From positions 10,557 through 74,556 of the forward strand of contig CAZYPC010000007.1 of assembly GCA_964649165.1 (NCBI GenBank): a stretch of 64,000 nt of DNA, read 5' to 3'. Origin of the DNA: an uncultured Chryseobacterium sp. (GTDB lineage Bacteria > Bacteroidota > Bacteroidia > Flavobacteriales_F > PHOS-HE28). A program made the position numbers and the translations under genes. This document shows, piece by piece, positions 8,295-17,918 of this stretch (the first letter of the stretch is position 1; every line of letters starts with the position of its first letter). Under the pieces are notes generated by a model, which made no database searches, was not told where the DNA came from, and saw only the letters and a list, made by a program, of their open reading frames with translations.

Positions 8295-10133
8295 ATGTCC
8301 GACATCATCCGTCTTCTTCCCGACCACGTGGCTAACCAGATCGCTGCTGGCGAGGTGGTGCAGCGCCCGGCGAGCGTAGTGAAGGAACTGCTGGAGAACA
8401 GCGTGGACGCGGGTGCGACGAACATCGTCCTCGTACTCAAGGACGCCGGCCGCACCCTGGTGCAGGTCATCGACGATGGCCAGGGCATGACGCCCACGGA
8501 CGCGCGACTGAGCTTCGAGCGGCACGCCACCAGCAAGATCCGCAGCGCGGACGACCTCAGTGCCGTGCGCACGAAAGGGTTCCGGGGCGAGGCCCTGGCG
8601 AGCATCGCGGCCATCGCCCAAGTGGAGCTCCGCACGCGCCGGCCCGAGGATGAACTGGGCACACGGGTGCTCATCGAAGGGAGCCGCGTAAAGGCGCAGG
8701 AGACCGTGGCATGCGCGAGCGGAACAACGATCAGCGTCCGCAGCCTCTTCTACAACGTGCCCGCCCGGCGGCAGTTCCTCAAGAGCGACCAAGTGGAGCT
8801 GAAGCACGTTATCGAGGAGTTCCAGCGCGTGGCGCTGGCGCACCCGGGCATCGCCTTCGAGCTTGTCCACAACGAGCAGGAGATCCACCAATTGCCCGCC
8901 GCGAATGAGCGCCAGCGCATCGTACACGTCTTCGGGCGGAAATACGATGAACGGCTTGTGCCTGTTGAAGAGGCCACGGACTTCGTGCGCGTGGAAGGCT
9001 TCGTGAGCAAGCCCGAGTTCGCGAAGCGCTCGCGAGGCGAACAGTACTTCTTCGTGAACGACCGGTTCATCCGGAGCAACTACCTGGAGCACGCCGTCCG
9101 CAAAGCGTACGATGAGCTCGTGGCACGCGACAACTACCCCAGCTGGTTCCTCTTCATCCGCATCGACCCGGCGTGGATCGACATCAACATCCACCCCACG
9201 AAGACGGAGATCAAATTCCGGGACGATCGCACGGTGTACGCCATCGTGCACGCGGCGGTGCGGCGCGCACTTGGCCGTCACAACATCACACCGAGCCTGG
9301 ATTTCGAACCGGAGCCGGCCATCCTTTCCATGGCTGGCATGCCGCAGGTGCGGCCGGTGGCACCCATCACGCCCGCGCCGGCTCCCGACTGGCAGCCGCT
9401 CGAATTCCCGAAACCGGCTTCACCGGCCGGTTGGCAGCGGCTCTTCGACCTCCCCGACGGCGGAGTCATTCGGCAGCACGACGATGTGGGGATGTTCAGC
9501 ACGCCGGGGCCCAAGGGCACACAAATGGAGCAGGTCCTGCCGATGCGGGAAACGGCCGACCTGGGCGCGCGTCCGGTCTTCCAGCTGCACGGTCGATACA
9601 TCCTGGCGCAACTGCGCACCGGCATCGTGGTGATCGACCAGCAGCGGGCGCATGAGCGCATCGTTTACGAACGTGCCATGCGGTCGCTGGAAAAAGGCCA
9701 GGGAACCAGCCAGTCGCAGCTATTCCCGGTGACCATCGAACTGAGCGCCACCGACCATGCGTTGTTGATGGGGATCCTGCCGGAGCTGACGGCCATGGGC
9801 TTCCAGATGGAACCTTTGAGCGGTCGCAGTCTGGCGGTGAACGGACTACCGGTGGACAGCGGCGACGAGGATCCGGTGAAGCTGATCGAGCAATTGTTGG
9901 AGCAGGTGAAGAACGAACGTGGCACATTGAAAGCCGAACGGCATGCGACGCTAGCCCGGGGTATGGCGAGAAGTCTGGCCCACCAGGGCGGACGCACGCT
10001 CGGGCCTGCGGAAATGCACGACCTGATCGACCGCCTCTTCGCCTGCGAGATGCCCTATTTCACACCCGGTGGCAAGCCTGTTCTGATCACCTGGACACTG
10101 CAGGAACTGGACGAACGATTCGAACGCGGATGA
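8295..10133 (+). CDS. mutL: DNA mismatch repair protein MutL
   Basis: Start moved to ATG 8295 (MSDIIRLLPDHVANQIAAGEVVQRPASVVKELLENSVDAG). GHKL ATPase motifs and DDGQGM are present. The C-terminal dimerisation region is full length. Confidence 0.95.
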   Translation: MSDIIRLLPDHVANQIAAGEVVQRPASVVKELLENSVDAGATNIVLVLKDAGRTLVQVIDDGQGMTPTDARLSFERHATSKIRSADDLSAVRTKGFRGEALASIAAIAQVELRTRRPEDELGTRVLIEGSRVKAQETVACASGTTISVRSLFYNVPARRQFLKSDQVELKHVIEEFQRVALAHPGIAFELVHNEQEIHQLPAANERQRIVHVFGRKYDERLVPVEEATDFVRVEGFVSKPEFAKRSRGEQYFFVNDRFIRSNYLEHAVRKAYDELVARDNYPSWFLFIRIDPAWIDINIHPTKTEIKFRDDRTVYAIVHAAVRRALGRHNITPSLDFEPEPAILSMAGMPQVRPVAPITPAPAPDWQPLEFPKPASPAGWQRLFDLPDGGVIRQHDDVGMFSTPGPKGTQMEQVLPMRETADLGARPVFQLHGRYILAQLRTGIVVIDQQRAHERIVYERAMRSLEKGQGTSQSQLFPVTIELSATDHALLMGILPELTAMGFQMEPLSGRSLAVNGLPVDSGDEDPVKLIEQLLEQVKNERGTLKAERHATLARGMARSLAHQGGRTLGPAEMHDLIDRLFACEMPYFTPGGKPVLITWTLQELDERFERG

Positions 10134-10909
10134 GATACAACCCGCAGGGCAGTTTGTTCAGCGGTCTTCCCACTGTGGTGAAGAACCTGCTCATCATCAA
10201 CGGGCTCGTCTTCCTCCTGAAGCTGGTGAACCCCTTGCGCGGGTCGGGTATCGACCTTGACACGTTGCTGGGGCTGCACTTCATCGGTTCACCGCTCTTC
10301 AAGCCGTGGCAGATCCTCACGCACATGTTCATGCATGGTGGCTTCGGGCATATCCTGCTGAACATGTTCGGTCTGTTGATGCTTGGGCCCCGCGTGGAAT
10401 ACAGGTGGGGATCACAGCGCTTCCTGAAATACTACCTCCTCTGCGGACTGGGCTCGGCGGCGCTCTACATGGGCTGGCAATGGTTCGGCGCGCGGGAAGC
10501 GCTGGAGAGCTTGAGCGGCGCGGACCTGGCCTCTGTGCGCGAAAGTGTGCTGCGGGGCGAACATGAAGGCATGGTCTACACGTTCGTGGATCCCTCCATC
10601 CAACGGGTGTATGACCTCTGGCGGGTGCCCATGGTCGGTGCGAGCGGTGCGCTCTTCGGTGTGCTGGTAGCCTTCGGCATGTTGTACCCGAACGTGGAGC
10701 TCACCACCTTCATCTACTTCTTCCCGGTGAACATGAAGGCGAAATGGTTCGTGATCATGTACGCGGTGGCGGAACTGTTCAGCGGCGTGGCGAACGTGGA
10801 GGGCGACAACACCGCGCACTTCGCGCATCTGGGCGGGCTGATAGCCGGGTTCTTCCTGGTGCGGATGTACGAGAAGAAGAACATGTTCTACGACGACCCC
10901 TGGAGGTAG
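10130..10909 (+). CDS. Rhomboid family intramembrane serine protease
   Basis: Multi-TM protein. Motifs FMHGGFGHILLNM, catalytic GASGALFG and a distal AHLGGL histidine. ATGA overlap with the mutL stop (10130..10133). Confidence 0.9.
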   Translation: MRYNPQGSLFSGLPTVVKNLLIINGLVFLLKLVNPLRGSGIDLDTLLGLHFIGSPLFKPWQILTHMFMHGGFGHILLNMFGLLMLGPRVEYRWGSQRFLKYYLLCGLGSAALYMGWQWFGAREALESLSGADLASVRESVLRGEHEGMVYTFVDPSIQRVYDLWRVPMVGASGALFGVLVAFGMLYPNVELTTFIYFFPVNMKAKWFVIMYAVAELFSGVANVEGDNTAHFAHLGGLIAGFFLVRMYEKKNMFYDDPWR

Positions 10910-10912
10910 GCG

Positions 10913-11815
10913 ATGGCGATAGCGGACGAGATCAGGAACCAATGGCGCTTCGGCGGGGCCACCAAACGCCTTGTGCTCATCAACATCGGTGTCTTCCTGC
11001 TGGTGCATGTGATCGGGTTCATCGGCTGGATGGCCGGCATGGGCGACCTCGAAGGCAAAGTGCTCGAGCAGTTGATGGCCACCAATGAATGGCCCATCCT
11101 GGTGCAGCGTCCGTGGACAGTGGTCACTTATATGCTCACGCATTTCGACCCTTTCCACCTGCTATGGAACATGGTGATGTTCTGGTTCAGCGGGCAGATG
11201 TTCCAAGGACTGCTGGGAGAGCGACGGATGGTGGGCAACTACATCCTTGGCGGCCTTTCCGGCTTCGCGTTCTATGCGTTGGCGGCCTTCATGCCAGCAC
11301 ACCTGGGTCTGGGCGGCACCAGTGTGATCCTCGGCGCTTCCGCAGCGGTAATGGCCGTGTTCATCGGCATCGCCACCTACCAGCCCGAAGTGGAAGTGGG
11401 CATGATGTTCATCGGCAGCGTGCGGTTGAAATACGTGGCCATCGTCGTGCTTGCGCTGGACCTGATCAGCATTCGCGCGGGCAGCAACACGGGCGGGCAC
11501 ATGGCCCACCTTGGCGGAGCGGTCTACGGTTTCATGGCGGCCACCTTCCTGAAAAGGGGGCAAGCCGATTGGAGCATGGCATTCGTGAACGGACTTGTGC
11601 GTATCGGTGACTTCCTGCGTGGAAAGAAGCGCTCCCGCCTGCGCGTCGAGAAGCGCCCTGCGCGACGCGGTGTGATGGTGGACGCCGACTTCAATGCGGC
11701 CAAGAAGGAGAAGCAGGCCCGTGTGGACGCCATTCTGGACAAGATCTCCCGGTCAGGCTACGAAAGCCTGAGCAAGGATGAGCGGGATTTCCTCTTTCAT
11801 GCCAGCAAGGAGTGA
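10913..11815 (+). CDS. Rhomboid family protein (second copy) with basic C-terminal tail
   Basis: Multi-TM protein with GASAAVMAV and HLGGAVYG motifs. Starts 3 nt after the first rhomboid stop. Confidence 0.85.
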   Translation: MAIADEIRNQWRFGGATKRLVLINIGVFLLVHVIGFIGWMAGMGDLEGKVLEQLMATNEWPILVQRPWTVVTYMLTHFDPFHLLWNMVMFWFSGQMFQGLLGERRMVGNYILGGLSGFAFYALAAFMPAHLGLGGTSVILGASAAVMAVFIGIATYQPEVEVGMMFIGSVRLKYVAIVVLALDLISIRAGSNTGGHMAHLGGAVYGFMAATFLKRGQADWSMAFVNGLVRIGDFLRGKKRSRLRVEKRPARRGVMVDADFNAAKKEKQARVDAILDKISRSGYESLSKDERDFLFHASKE

Positions 11816-11938
11816 ACAGCCTCGGACCGCCCTCCGTCAGCATCGGGAACAACGATCACCCACTGGCACAAAAACGATGACCTTGCCGTTGAATGCGGCC
11901 CGTGCCTTGTAGCTTGAGGCCCGAAGGTTGACGGAAAA

Positions 11939-13081
11939 ATGAGCGAGGATGAAAAGGGAGCGGGAAAGGGCGTACACCGTCGCCTCAGCCGCTGGCACCT
12001 GCCCATCTGGTGGCTGAACGTGCTGGCCGTCATCGCGATCCTGCTCTCCTACCTGAGCATCCGGATAAGCCCGACCAGTTTCTGGCCTCTTGCCTTTTTC
12101 GGCATGACCTATCCGTTCCTGCTGCTGGCCAACCTGCTCTGTATCGCCTGGTGGCTGCTGTTCCGCGGACGCCGCATCTGGCCCTCGCTCATCGCGATCC
12201 TGCTCGGGTTCGGGCATGCCGGTGAGTATCTGCAGCTCTCGGGTGAAAGCGACAAGCCCGAGGACGCTGTCGACCCGTTCAAAGTGATGAGCTGGAACGT
12301 GCGCATCTTCGACCTGTACAGCTGGAGCCATAACGCGCAGACCAAGGAAGAGATGCTGGACCTGATCCGCATCGAGGATCCGGATGTACTGTGCATGCAG
12401 GAATTCCTCAACATCGATAAGAAGGTCGGCACCGCGGTGCGGGATGAACTGTCAGGCAACTACCGCTTCACCAACTACGCGGACGAATACACCGCGCATA
12501 CCAAGACGGGTTACCACTTCGGCATCGCCACCTTCAGCACACGACCCATCATAGCGAAGGGCGCGATCCATTTCCCTGACGACCTGAACAACCTGTGCCT
12601 GTGGACGGACATCGCGATGGAGCGCGACACGGTGCGGGTGTACAACGCACACCTGGCCAGCCTGCGCTTCGGGGATCAGGACTATCGGTTCATGAAAGAC
12701 GTGCAGGATGGTTCTTCCACGGATGTGCTGGAGAAAGGCGGTCTACGCATCGCACGACGGCTGAAGAGCGGATTCATCCGACGCGCCGGACAAATGGAGA
12801 CGATCGCTGCGCACATGCGTGCCAGCCCGCATCCGGTGATCTGGTGCGGCGACATGAACGACACGCCCATGAGCTACAGTTATCACCAGTTGCGGGAGCT
12901 GGACCTGGAAGACTCTTTTGTGGAGAGCGGCAGTGGCATCGGACACACCTATATCGGTGCGTTCCCGAGCTTCCGCATCGACCACATCATGCACGGGCCG
13001 GAACTGCGCTCCTGGGGCTTCCGGACACTGCCGGATGAACTGAGCGACCACCGCGCCATCACCTGCTGGATGTCCCGCTGA
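11939..13081 (+). CDS. Membrane-anchored endonuclease/exonuclease/phosphatase (EEP) family protein
   Basis: N-terminal TM segments followed by EEP motifs SWNVRIF, LCMQEF, GDMNDTP, RIDHIM, SDH. Confidence 0.85.
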   Translation: MSEDEKGAGKGVHRRLSRWHLPIWWLNVLAVIAILLSYLSIRISPTSFWPLAFFGMTYPFLLLANLLCIAWWLLFRGRRIWPSLIAILLGFGHAGEYLQLSGESDKPEDAVDPFKVMSWNVRIFDLYSWSHNAQTKEEMLDLIRIEDPDVLCMQEFLNIDKKVGTAVRDELSGNYRFTNYADEYTAHTKTGYHFGIATFSTRPIIAKGAIHFPDDLNNLCLWTDIAMERDTVRVYNAHLASLRFGDQDYRFMKDVQDGSSTDVLEKGGLRIARRLKSGFIRRAGQMETIAAHMRASPHPVIWCGDMNDTPMSYSYHQLRELDLEDSFVESGSGIGHTYIGAFPSFRIDHIMHGPELRSWGFRTLPDELSDHRAITCWMSR

Positions 13082-13086
13082 GCGGC

Positions 13087-14469
13087 TCAGTGGTCCTTCC
13101 CCTCCTCGTTGATGCGGATGCTGTGTACCACCTGATCGACCTGCTGCGGCGAGCTTCCCCCCGTTTGCGAAACCAGGAACGTGTGCATGCGTTTGGGTGT
13201 TGCCACGATGATCCGTCGTGATCGTTCGCCACGGGCATCATCTTCCAGGTCCACGATCGCCTGGGCACCATCGATGCGCGTGAGTGACGGAGCTGTCGGG
13301 CTGTCCTCCCCGCCGTTCATCAGGAAGGCTTCGATGCGCGACCGGGCATCGGTGCGTTCGATCGCGGACCCTTCGGTGGTGGTCACGCTCACCGTCAGAT
13401 GTCCGTCGGAACTGGTCCCCGTCCAGGTGGTCACGCGGAGCGTATCCCCATCGCGCTCGATGCGCCTGAGAGGTGCAACGGGCATGTCCACCGCGAAGCC
13501 GAGCGTATCGTTCCGCAGGTGTACGCCCTTTTTCAGCATCAAGGCGGGTGGCAATCGCGCGGACTTTGTTTCCGGCGTCATCACGGATGCGGAAGCGCCA
13601 ATGGGCTCCGGCAACACACCCACCGGTCTCACATCGAAACCCCTGGACCGGAGCACGGCGAGCATGCCCTGTTCGCCGGGCAGGTGGGCCGCGCCGACCG
13701 CCGCGAAAAGCCTGTGCTTCCCCTTCGTCTCCTTGGCGAAGCGCTCGGCCATGCGCACGTTGCGCTCCTCCAACAGGGCCTTGTCGGCGTGCTCTGGTAA
13801 GCCATCGCGTCCGGTCAACGAGAAAAGCGCATCCAGGTCGCGATCCATGTAAGCCTTCAGCGCCGCGTTCAGCTCGCGATCGGTGTTCTCGTTCGTGACC
13901 AGGTCGAAGAGCAGGCGAGCCTGATCCCGTAGTGGTACCTTCTCCACCGCCGCAAGCTGTTCGGATAGCAATTCCAGACCCACCACCTTCTTCCCGAGGG
14001 CAATGGCCCGCTCCTGGAACCATGCATCGAGCACCACGCTGCTGTCATTGCCCAATTCCATTTCGGAAAGCATGGCCACGATGTAGAACGGCCGCAACTT
14101 GGTGCACATCGGAGCCAGGGGCCCGAGCCGCGCTTTCAGCGCACCGATCACCTGTCGATAGTCGCGCTTGTTGTACAAGCGGTCCAACGAACCACCGGAT
14201 GGCAGCAACATCGCATTGGTGATGGAGGGGTCGAGCCTGCGCGCCTCGTTCACCTCCAGTTCACCGGCGATGAGGTCGCATGCTTCGAGCGCCAGGAGCA
14301 CGCTGTCCTGGAATCGGAAAACGCGGGCGTCCCGGCTATGGAAGGTACCATAGAGAAAGGAGGGCTCCCCCATGGGCGGCGTGATCGCCCATAGCAGGGA
14401 GCGCGGCGTAGGTTGCGCACCGCAAACCGCAGCGCACAGGGCGAGCAGCGATGGGAGCAGGCGCCGCAT
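13087..14469 (-). CDS. TraB/GumN family protein with extra C-terminal domain
   Basis: Signal peptide MRRLLPSLLALCAAVCGAQ. TraB/GumN-like FLYGTFH and AVGAAHL motifs. About 150 additional C-terminal residues. Confidence 0.8.
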   Translation of the reverse strand: MRRLLPSLLALCAAVCGAQPTPRSLLWAITPPMGEPSFLYGTFHSRDARVFRFQDSVLLALEACDLIAGELEVNEARRLDPSITNAMLLPSGGSLDRLYNKRDYRQVIGALKARLGPLAPMCTKLRPFYIVAMLSEMELGNDSSVVLDAWFQERAIALGKKVVGLELLSEQLAAVEKVPLRDQARLLFDLVTNENTDRELNAALKAYMDRDLDALFSLTGRDGLPEHADKALLEERNVRMAERFAKETKGKHRLFAAVGAAHLPGEQGMLAVLRSRGFDVRPVGVLPEPIGASASVMTPETKSARLPPALMLKKGVHLRNDTLGFAVDMPVAPLRRIERDGDTLRVTTWTGTSSDGHLTVSVTTTEGSAIERTDARSRIEAFLMNGGEDSPTAPSLTRIDGAQAIVDLEDDARGERSRRIIVATPKRMHTFLVSQTGGSSPQQVDQVVHSIRINEEGKDH

Positions 14470-14502
14470 CCGCGAAAGATAGCCGCGCCGGTGGAAGGGT
14501 AC

Positions 14503-14622
14503 TCAGAGCACCAGGTAGGCCACGCAGAACATGGTGGCGGAGAGCACAGCGCTGACGATGCCGCTGGTAAGGATCAAGTTCGAGCGGCTGGCCGTGGAGG
14601 AGCTTTCCATGGAGTAGTTCAT
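14503..14622 (-). CDS. Possible 39-aa hydrophobic peptide (below the ORF-track size cutoff)
   Basis: MNYSMESSSTASRSNLILTSGIVSAVLSATMFCVAYLVL contains one predicted TM helix. It lies 33 nt upstream of the TraB/GumN start on the same strand. There is no homology evidence. Confidence 0.2.
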   Translation of the reverse strand: MNYSMESSSTASRSNLILTSGIVSAVLSATMFCVAYLVL

Positions 14623-14762
14623 CTGAAGCGAATGGTAGACGGCGCTTCAACGGAGGGGTTGCCGATGCGTTCCACATTTAGTTGCGACATCATGCGTCGA
14701 CATCATCCAAAAGGATGAAAATGAGGGGGATCCGCAGGCGGCTGGCTGCACGCACGTCCGGG

Positions 14763-15503
14763 TCAGGGCTGGAGCCTCAGGAATCGCCCTACCGATCCAC
14801 TGACCCTCAGCGCATAAGCCCCGGGGGCGAACGATGCGATATCCAGGTGGCCGTCCCTGTTGTTCGGCAAACGCAGGGTATGGCCATCAGCTGCGATCAC
14901 CTCGACATACGCAGGCCAGGGCTGGCCAGCGGGGAGTGTAATGGTCAATTCGCTTGTGGCCGGGTTGGGGAAAAGGAGGATCACCTTGGCCACGCCACTA
15001 GATGCAACAGATAAACCCGTGCTCAGACACGGTTCCGTGGGGTTGATCACACCCGTCTCCCCAGAGCCGCCGCCCAACCCCACGTAATAGGATCCTTCCA
15101 CGATCTCGAAAGGACCAAAGCCGCCAGTGACGATCACAGGAATGGTCATGACCAAGTGCTCCTCACAGGCCGTCCAAGGACAGCCTTCGTCGATGATCAA
15201 AGAGGTTCCATACTCCGTGTATGTCCGGTGATAGTAACCGCCATCAATAACCGTCGATGTCGATGAGAAGGGTATTCCAGAAGGACAGGCGTTCACACGC
15301 GGTCCAAGCGCATCGCCGGAGAGGGTATCCCAGCGCAGGGTGAAGCCGACAGTGGTGACCACCCCGTCGAAGTCAGCATTCGGGCGCAGGTAGAATTCCA
15401 GCACGCTGTCGGCCTCATTCTGCACCAGGATGATGTCCACGATGGGCTGGGCGTTCAGCGCACCGCACATCGCAATGAGAACAGAGGTGACGGATTTCTT
15501 CAT
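14763..15503 (-). CDS. Secreted hypothetical protein with T9SS C-terminal domain
   Basis: Track ORF is 14763..15548. Start moved to ATG 15503 (MKKSVTSVLIAMCGALNAQ). CTD: LLFPNPATSELTITL...GAYALRV. Confidence 0.7.
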   Translation of the reverse strand: MKKSVTSVLIAMCGALNAQPIVDIILVQNEADSVLEFYLRPNADFDGVVTTVGFTLRWDTLSGDALGPRVNACPSGIPFSSTSTVIDGGYYHRTYTEYGTSLIIDEGCPWTACEEHLVMTIPVIVTGGFGPFEIVEGSYYVGLGGGSGETGVINPTEPCLSTGLSVASSGVAKVILLFPNPATSELTITLPAGQPWPAYVEVIAADGHTLRLPNNRDGHLDIASFAPGAYALRVSGSVGRFLRLQP

Positions 15504-15510
15504 GGGTCGG

Positions 15511-17700
15511 TTATTGCTTGATGAACCGGGCGCGCAGCACCTCGCCACCAGCCGTCGTCACTTCCACCGCGTACGCACCCGAAGGTAGATCCGCCGTGGA
15601 CAGGTTGGTCGGGCCCTGGGCGCCGGCCCTGGTGAGCATGGTCCTTCCGTCGCCTGCGACGATGCGCAAAGAGCCCGTTCTCGCGGGTAGGATGACGCTC
15701 AACGTCGTGCTCGCGGGGTTCGGGAACACGAGCAGGGACGTGGTTTGGGCGGAAGCGATCATCCCCGTACTCATCTCCGCCGTGAGCACGCTCGGCTCGG
15801 TGATCACCGGTTCATTCAGGTCGAAGTTGATGTTCGCGACGTTCACGATGAGCATCCCTCCGACCAGCGGGAACGCGGGCCGGATCCGGAAATTCACCAG
15901 ACCATGGCTCGCGGGCTCATTGGTGTTGCTGTCCGGCAAGAGGATGTTCGCGAAAGTCCATTCCACCACGCGTCCGGGCTTGAACGCCACGCTGAACGGA
16001 TGCGATGCCACGCCCTGTTGAAAGCTCGCCATATCGAGGACTTCGCTCAGGGTATCGGTGATGACGACGGAGAACGCCGTATCCGTACCCGTGTTCTGGA
16101 AGCGGATCGTGTAGTCGATGCTGTGGTCCGCACCGATGAAATAGAGCGAATCGCTGAAGCCGCTGCTCGTGCGGGCCGTTTTCACGTTCGGGTCAAAGGA
16201 CGCGGTGACCGTTGTGTTCGACACGGCCAGGTTGGTTCCCGTCCCTTCTTCAGGCAGACTGTTCGAAACGAAAAGGCTCGAGGACAGCGGTGTTCCGAGC
16301 GGTGTTCCCATGGGCACCTCCACGCTGATGCTGAACATCTGTTGTTGCAAAGCCGTGAAGGCAGGCAACTCCCACAAGATCGTCTGGCCGATCACGCTGG
16401 TGGGCGTTGGAGCCGCGTCCACATAGATGAGCGTGTTGTCCAGTTGCATCGTCACAGCCACTGTACCGCTCAGTTGTGTTGAGAGGTTACGCACTCCACC
16501 CCAGTACGTGCCGGTCATGCCCGGGCGCATCACACCGGAGGCCAGTTCGGCGAGCAGGTCCAACGGGACGATGCTGCTGTCCGCCAGGTCGATGATGGAC
16601 TGGTTGGATGCGACATTGAACGGAACCGGTGCGTTCACAGGACACAACTGGATGAGCGAGGGGTCGGTCTGCCCCAAGGAGTAGTCACCATCCTGCAGAT
16701 CGAGACCGTAATGCCCATCGATACCGGTTATCGCGTAGACCGGCCCCGGAAGGATCTCCAGCACCTGATACGGCACGCCCACTTCGGCGACATCCTGCGC
16801 GCAGTCCTGGTCGTTGTCGATGAACACAAGACCGCTCACCGAACCGCAATCCGGCCCGAGATCGGGAATATCGAAACCCAGCGTGTCGGAGCCATCACAA
16901 GGCCATGCCGTGTACTGTTGGATGGAGTTCCAGTCGCGCAGCACATGATAGTGTCCGGGCGCCAGATCCGTGATGGCCAATGTGTTCGCGACGTTGTACC
17001 AGGAGTTCACCACGTTGTTCGTGGCATCGAAGAGCACGAGCCCCGGCCCCTGGAAGAAGTAGCCGTCGTTCAGGTTGCCGAGCGTGACGCCTCCCCCGCT
17101 TCCGCCGCTGCAGGAGCCCTGCACGTCCTGCTGCACCATCACTGGACCGCCCACCAATTGTGGGATCACGATGGTCTCGCTCAGCGTCCCTGTGCATCCG
17201 TTAGCGTCGGTAACGTCGATATGAACCGTGCTTCCGGGCTGAGCGGTGGGGAAATAGAAGTACGGATCACCCTGCGGGTCCACGCCGGCGGGTGGTGGGT
17301 TGTAAGCATAAGGCGGCGTTCCATTGATCCCCCATTCGATCACCTGCACCTCGCCGCCCATGGTCTGCTCGATGCAATTGGCATGTCCGTCCTGCGCGCT
17401 TTCCGGGCTCGTGAGCACGGTGGTGAGGACCGTCCAGTTGCCCGATGCCTGCTCGCTGTTCGCATCCGTCACCGTTACGGAATAACCTCCGGGCAGCAGG
17501 TCCGAAATGTCCTCCGTAGTGGCGCCGTTGCTCCACAGATAACTGTAGGGTGCGAGTCCCCCGGTGACATAGATGTCGATCGCCCCCGTGGGCTGGGCAC
17601 AAGCGGAAGGTTGCACGTTCATCGCCCCGACACTGATGGCCCAGGTGGAAGGAACGGCCAGAGCGGAGGCAAAGAAGAAAGAGGCGTAACGTCTGATCAT
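15511..17700 (-). CDS. T9SS cargo protein, paralog C (SprB-type repeat + conserved QFQNTG/LPDSNTNEP module + CTD)
   Basis: Start moved to ATG 17700 (MIRRYASFFFASALAVPSTWA). SprB-like repeat GGLAPYSYLWSNGATTEDISDLLPGGYSVTVTD. Shared module SFDPN...IDYTIRFQNTGTDTA...LLPDSNTNEPASHGLVNFRIRP. CTD: LLVFPNPASTTLSV...GAYAVEV. Confidence 0.85.
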   Translation of the reverse strand: MIRRYASFFFASALAVPSTWAISVGAMNVQPSACAQPTGAIDIYVTGGLAPYSYLWSNGATTEDISDLLPGGYSVTVTDANSEQASGNWTVLTTVLTSPESAQDGHANCIEQTMGGEVQVIEWGINGTPPYAYNPPPAGVDPQGDPYFYFPTAQPGSTVHIDVTDANGCTGTLSETIVIPQLVGGPVMVQQDVQGSCSGGSGGGVTLGNLNDGYFFQGPGLVLFDATNNVVNSWYNVANTLAITDLAPGHYHVLRDWNSIQQYTAWPCDGSDTLGFDIPDLGPDCGSVSGLVFIDNDQDCAQDVAEVGVPYQVLEILPGPVYAITGIDGHYGLDLQDGDYSLGQTDPSLIQLCPVNAPVPFNVASNQSIIDLADSSIVPLDLLAELASGVMRPGMTGTYWGGVRNLSTQLSGTVAVTMQLDNTLIYVDAAPTPTSVIGQTILWELPAFTALQQQMFSISVEVPMGTPLGTPLSSSLFVSNSLPEEGTGTNLAVSNTTVTASFDPNVKTARTSSGFSDSLYFIGADHSIDYTIRFQNTGTDTAFSVVITDTLSEVLDMASFQQGVASHPFSVAFKPGRVVEWTFANILLPDSNTNEPASHGLVNFRIRPAFPLVGGMLIVNVANINFDLNEPVITEPSVLTAEMSTGMIASAQTTSLLVFPNPASTTLSVILPARTGSLRIVAGDGRTMLTRAGAQGPTNLSTADLPSGAYAVEVTTAGGEVLRARFIKQ

Positions 17701-17894
17701 GATCTGGGGAGTTGTCCGGTCTGAAGATCGCCGGCAAGACGGGATCGAGCGTGAAGGTTGTGCATTTCCCCTCACAGCGGCCCCCACTCCGGATACAATT
17801 GCTGAAGTTGAGGAATGCGCGCGCGGGGCGATCGACCTCATCACTCGAAAGGATGAATTCACAAGAGTAGATGAAGTGTGATCCATCATCGGCA

Positions 17895-17902
17895 TAGTTT
17901 CG
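17895..17902 (+). promoter_or_regulatory. Candidate -7 box TAGTTTCG
   Basis: 16 nt upstream of ATG 17919, in the divergent intergenic region between paralogs C and A. Confidence 0.3.
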
Positions 17903-17918
17903 ACCGTCCCAAACCGGA

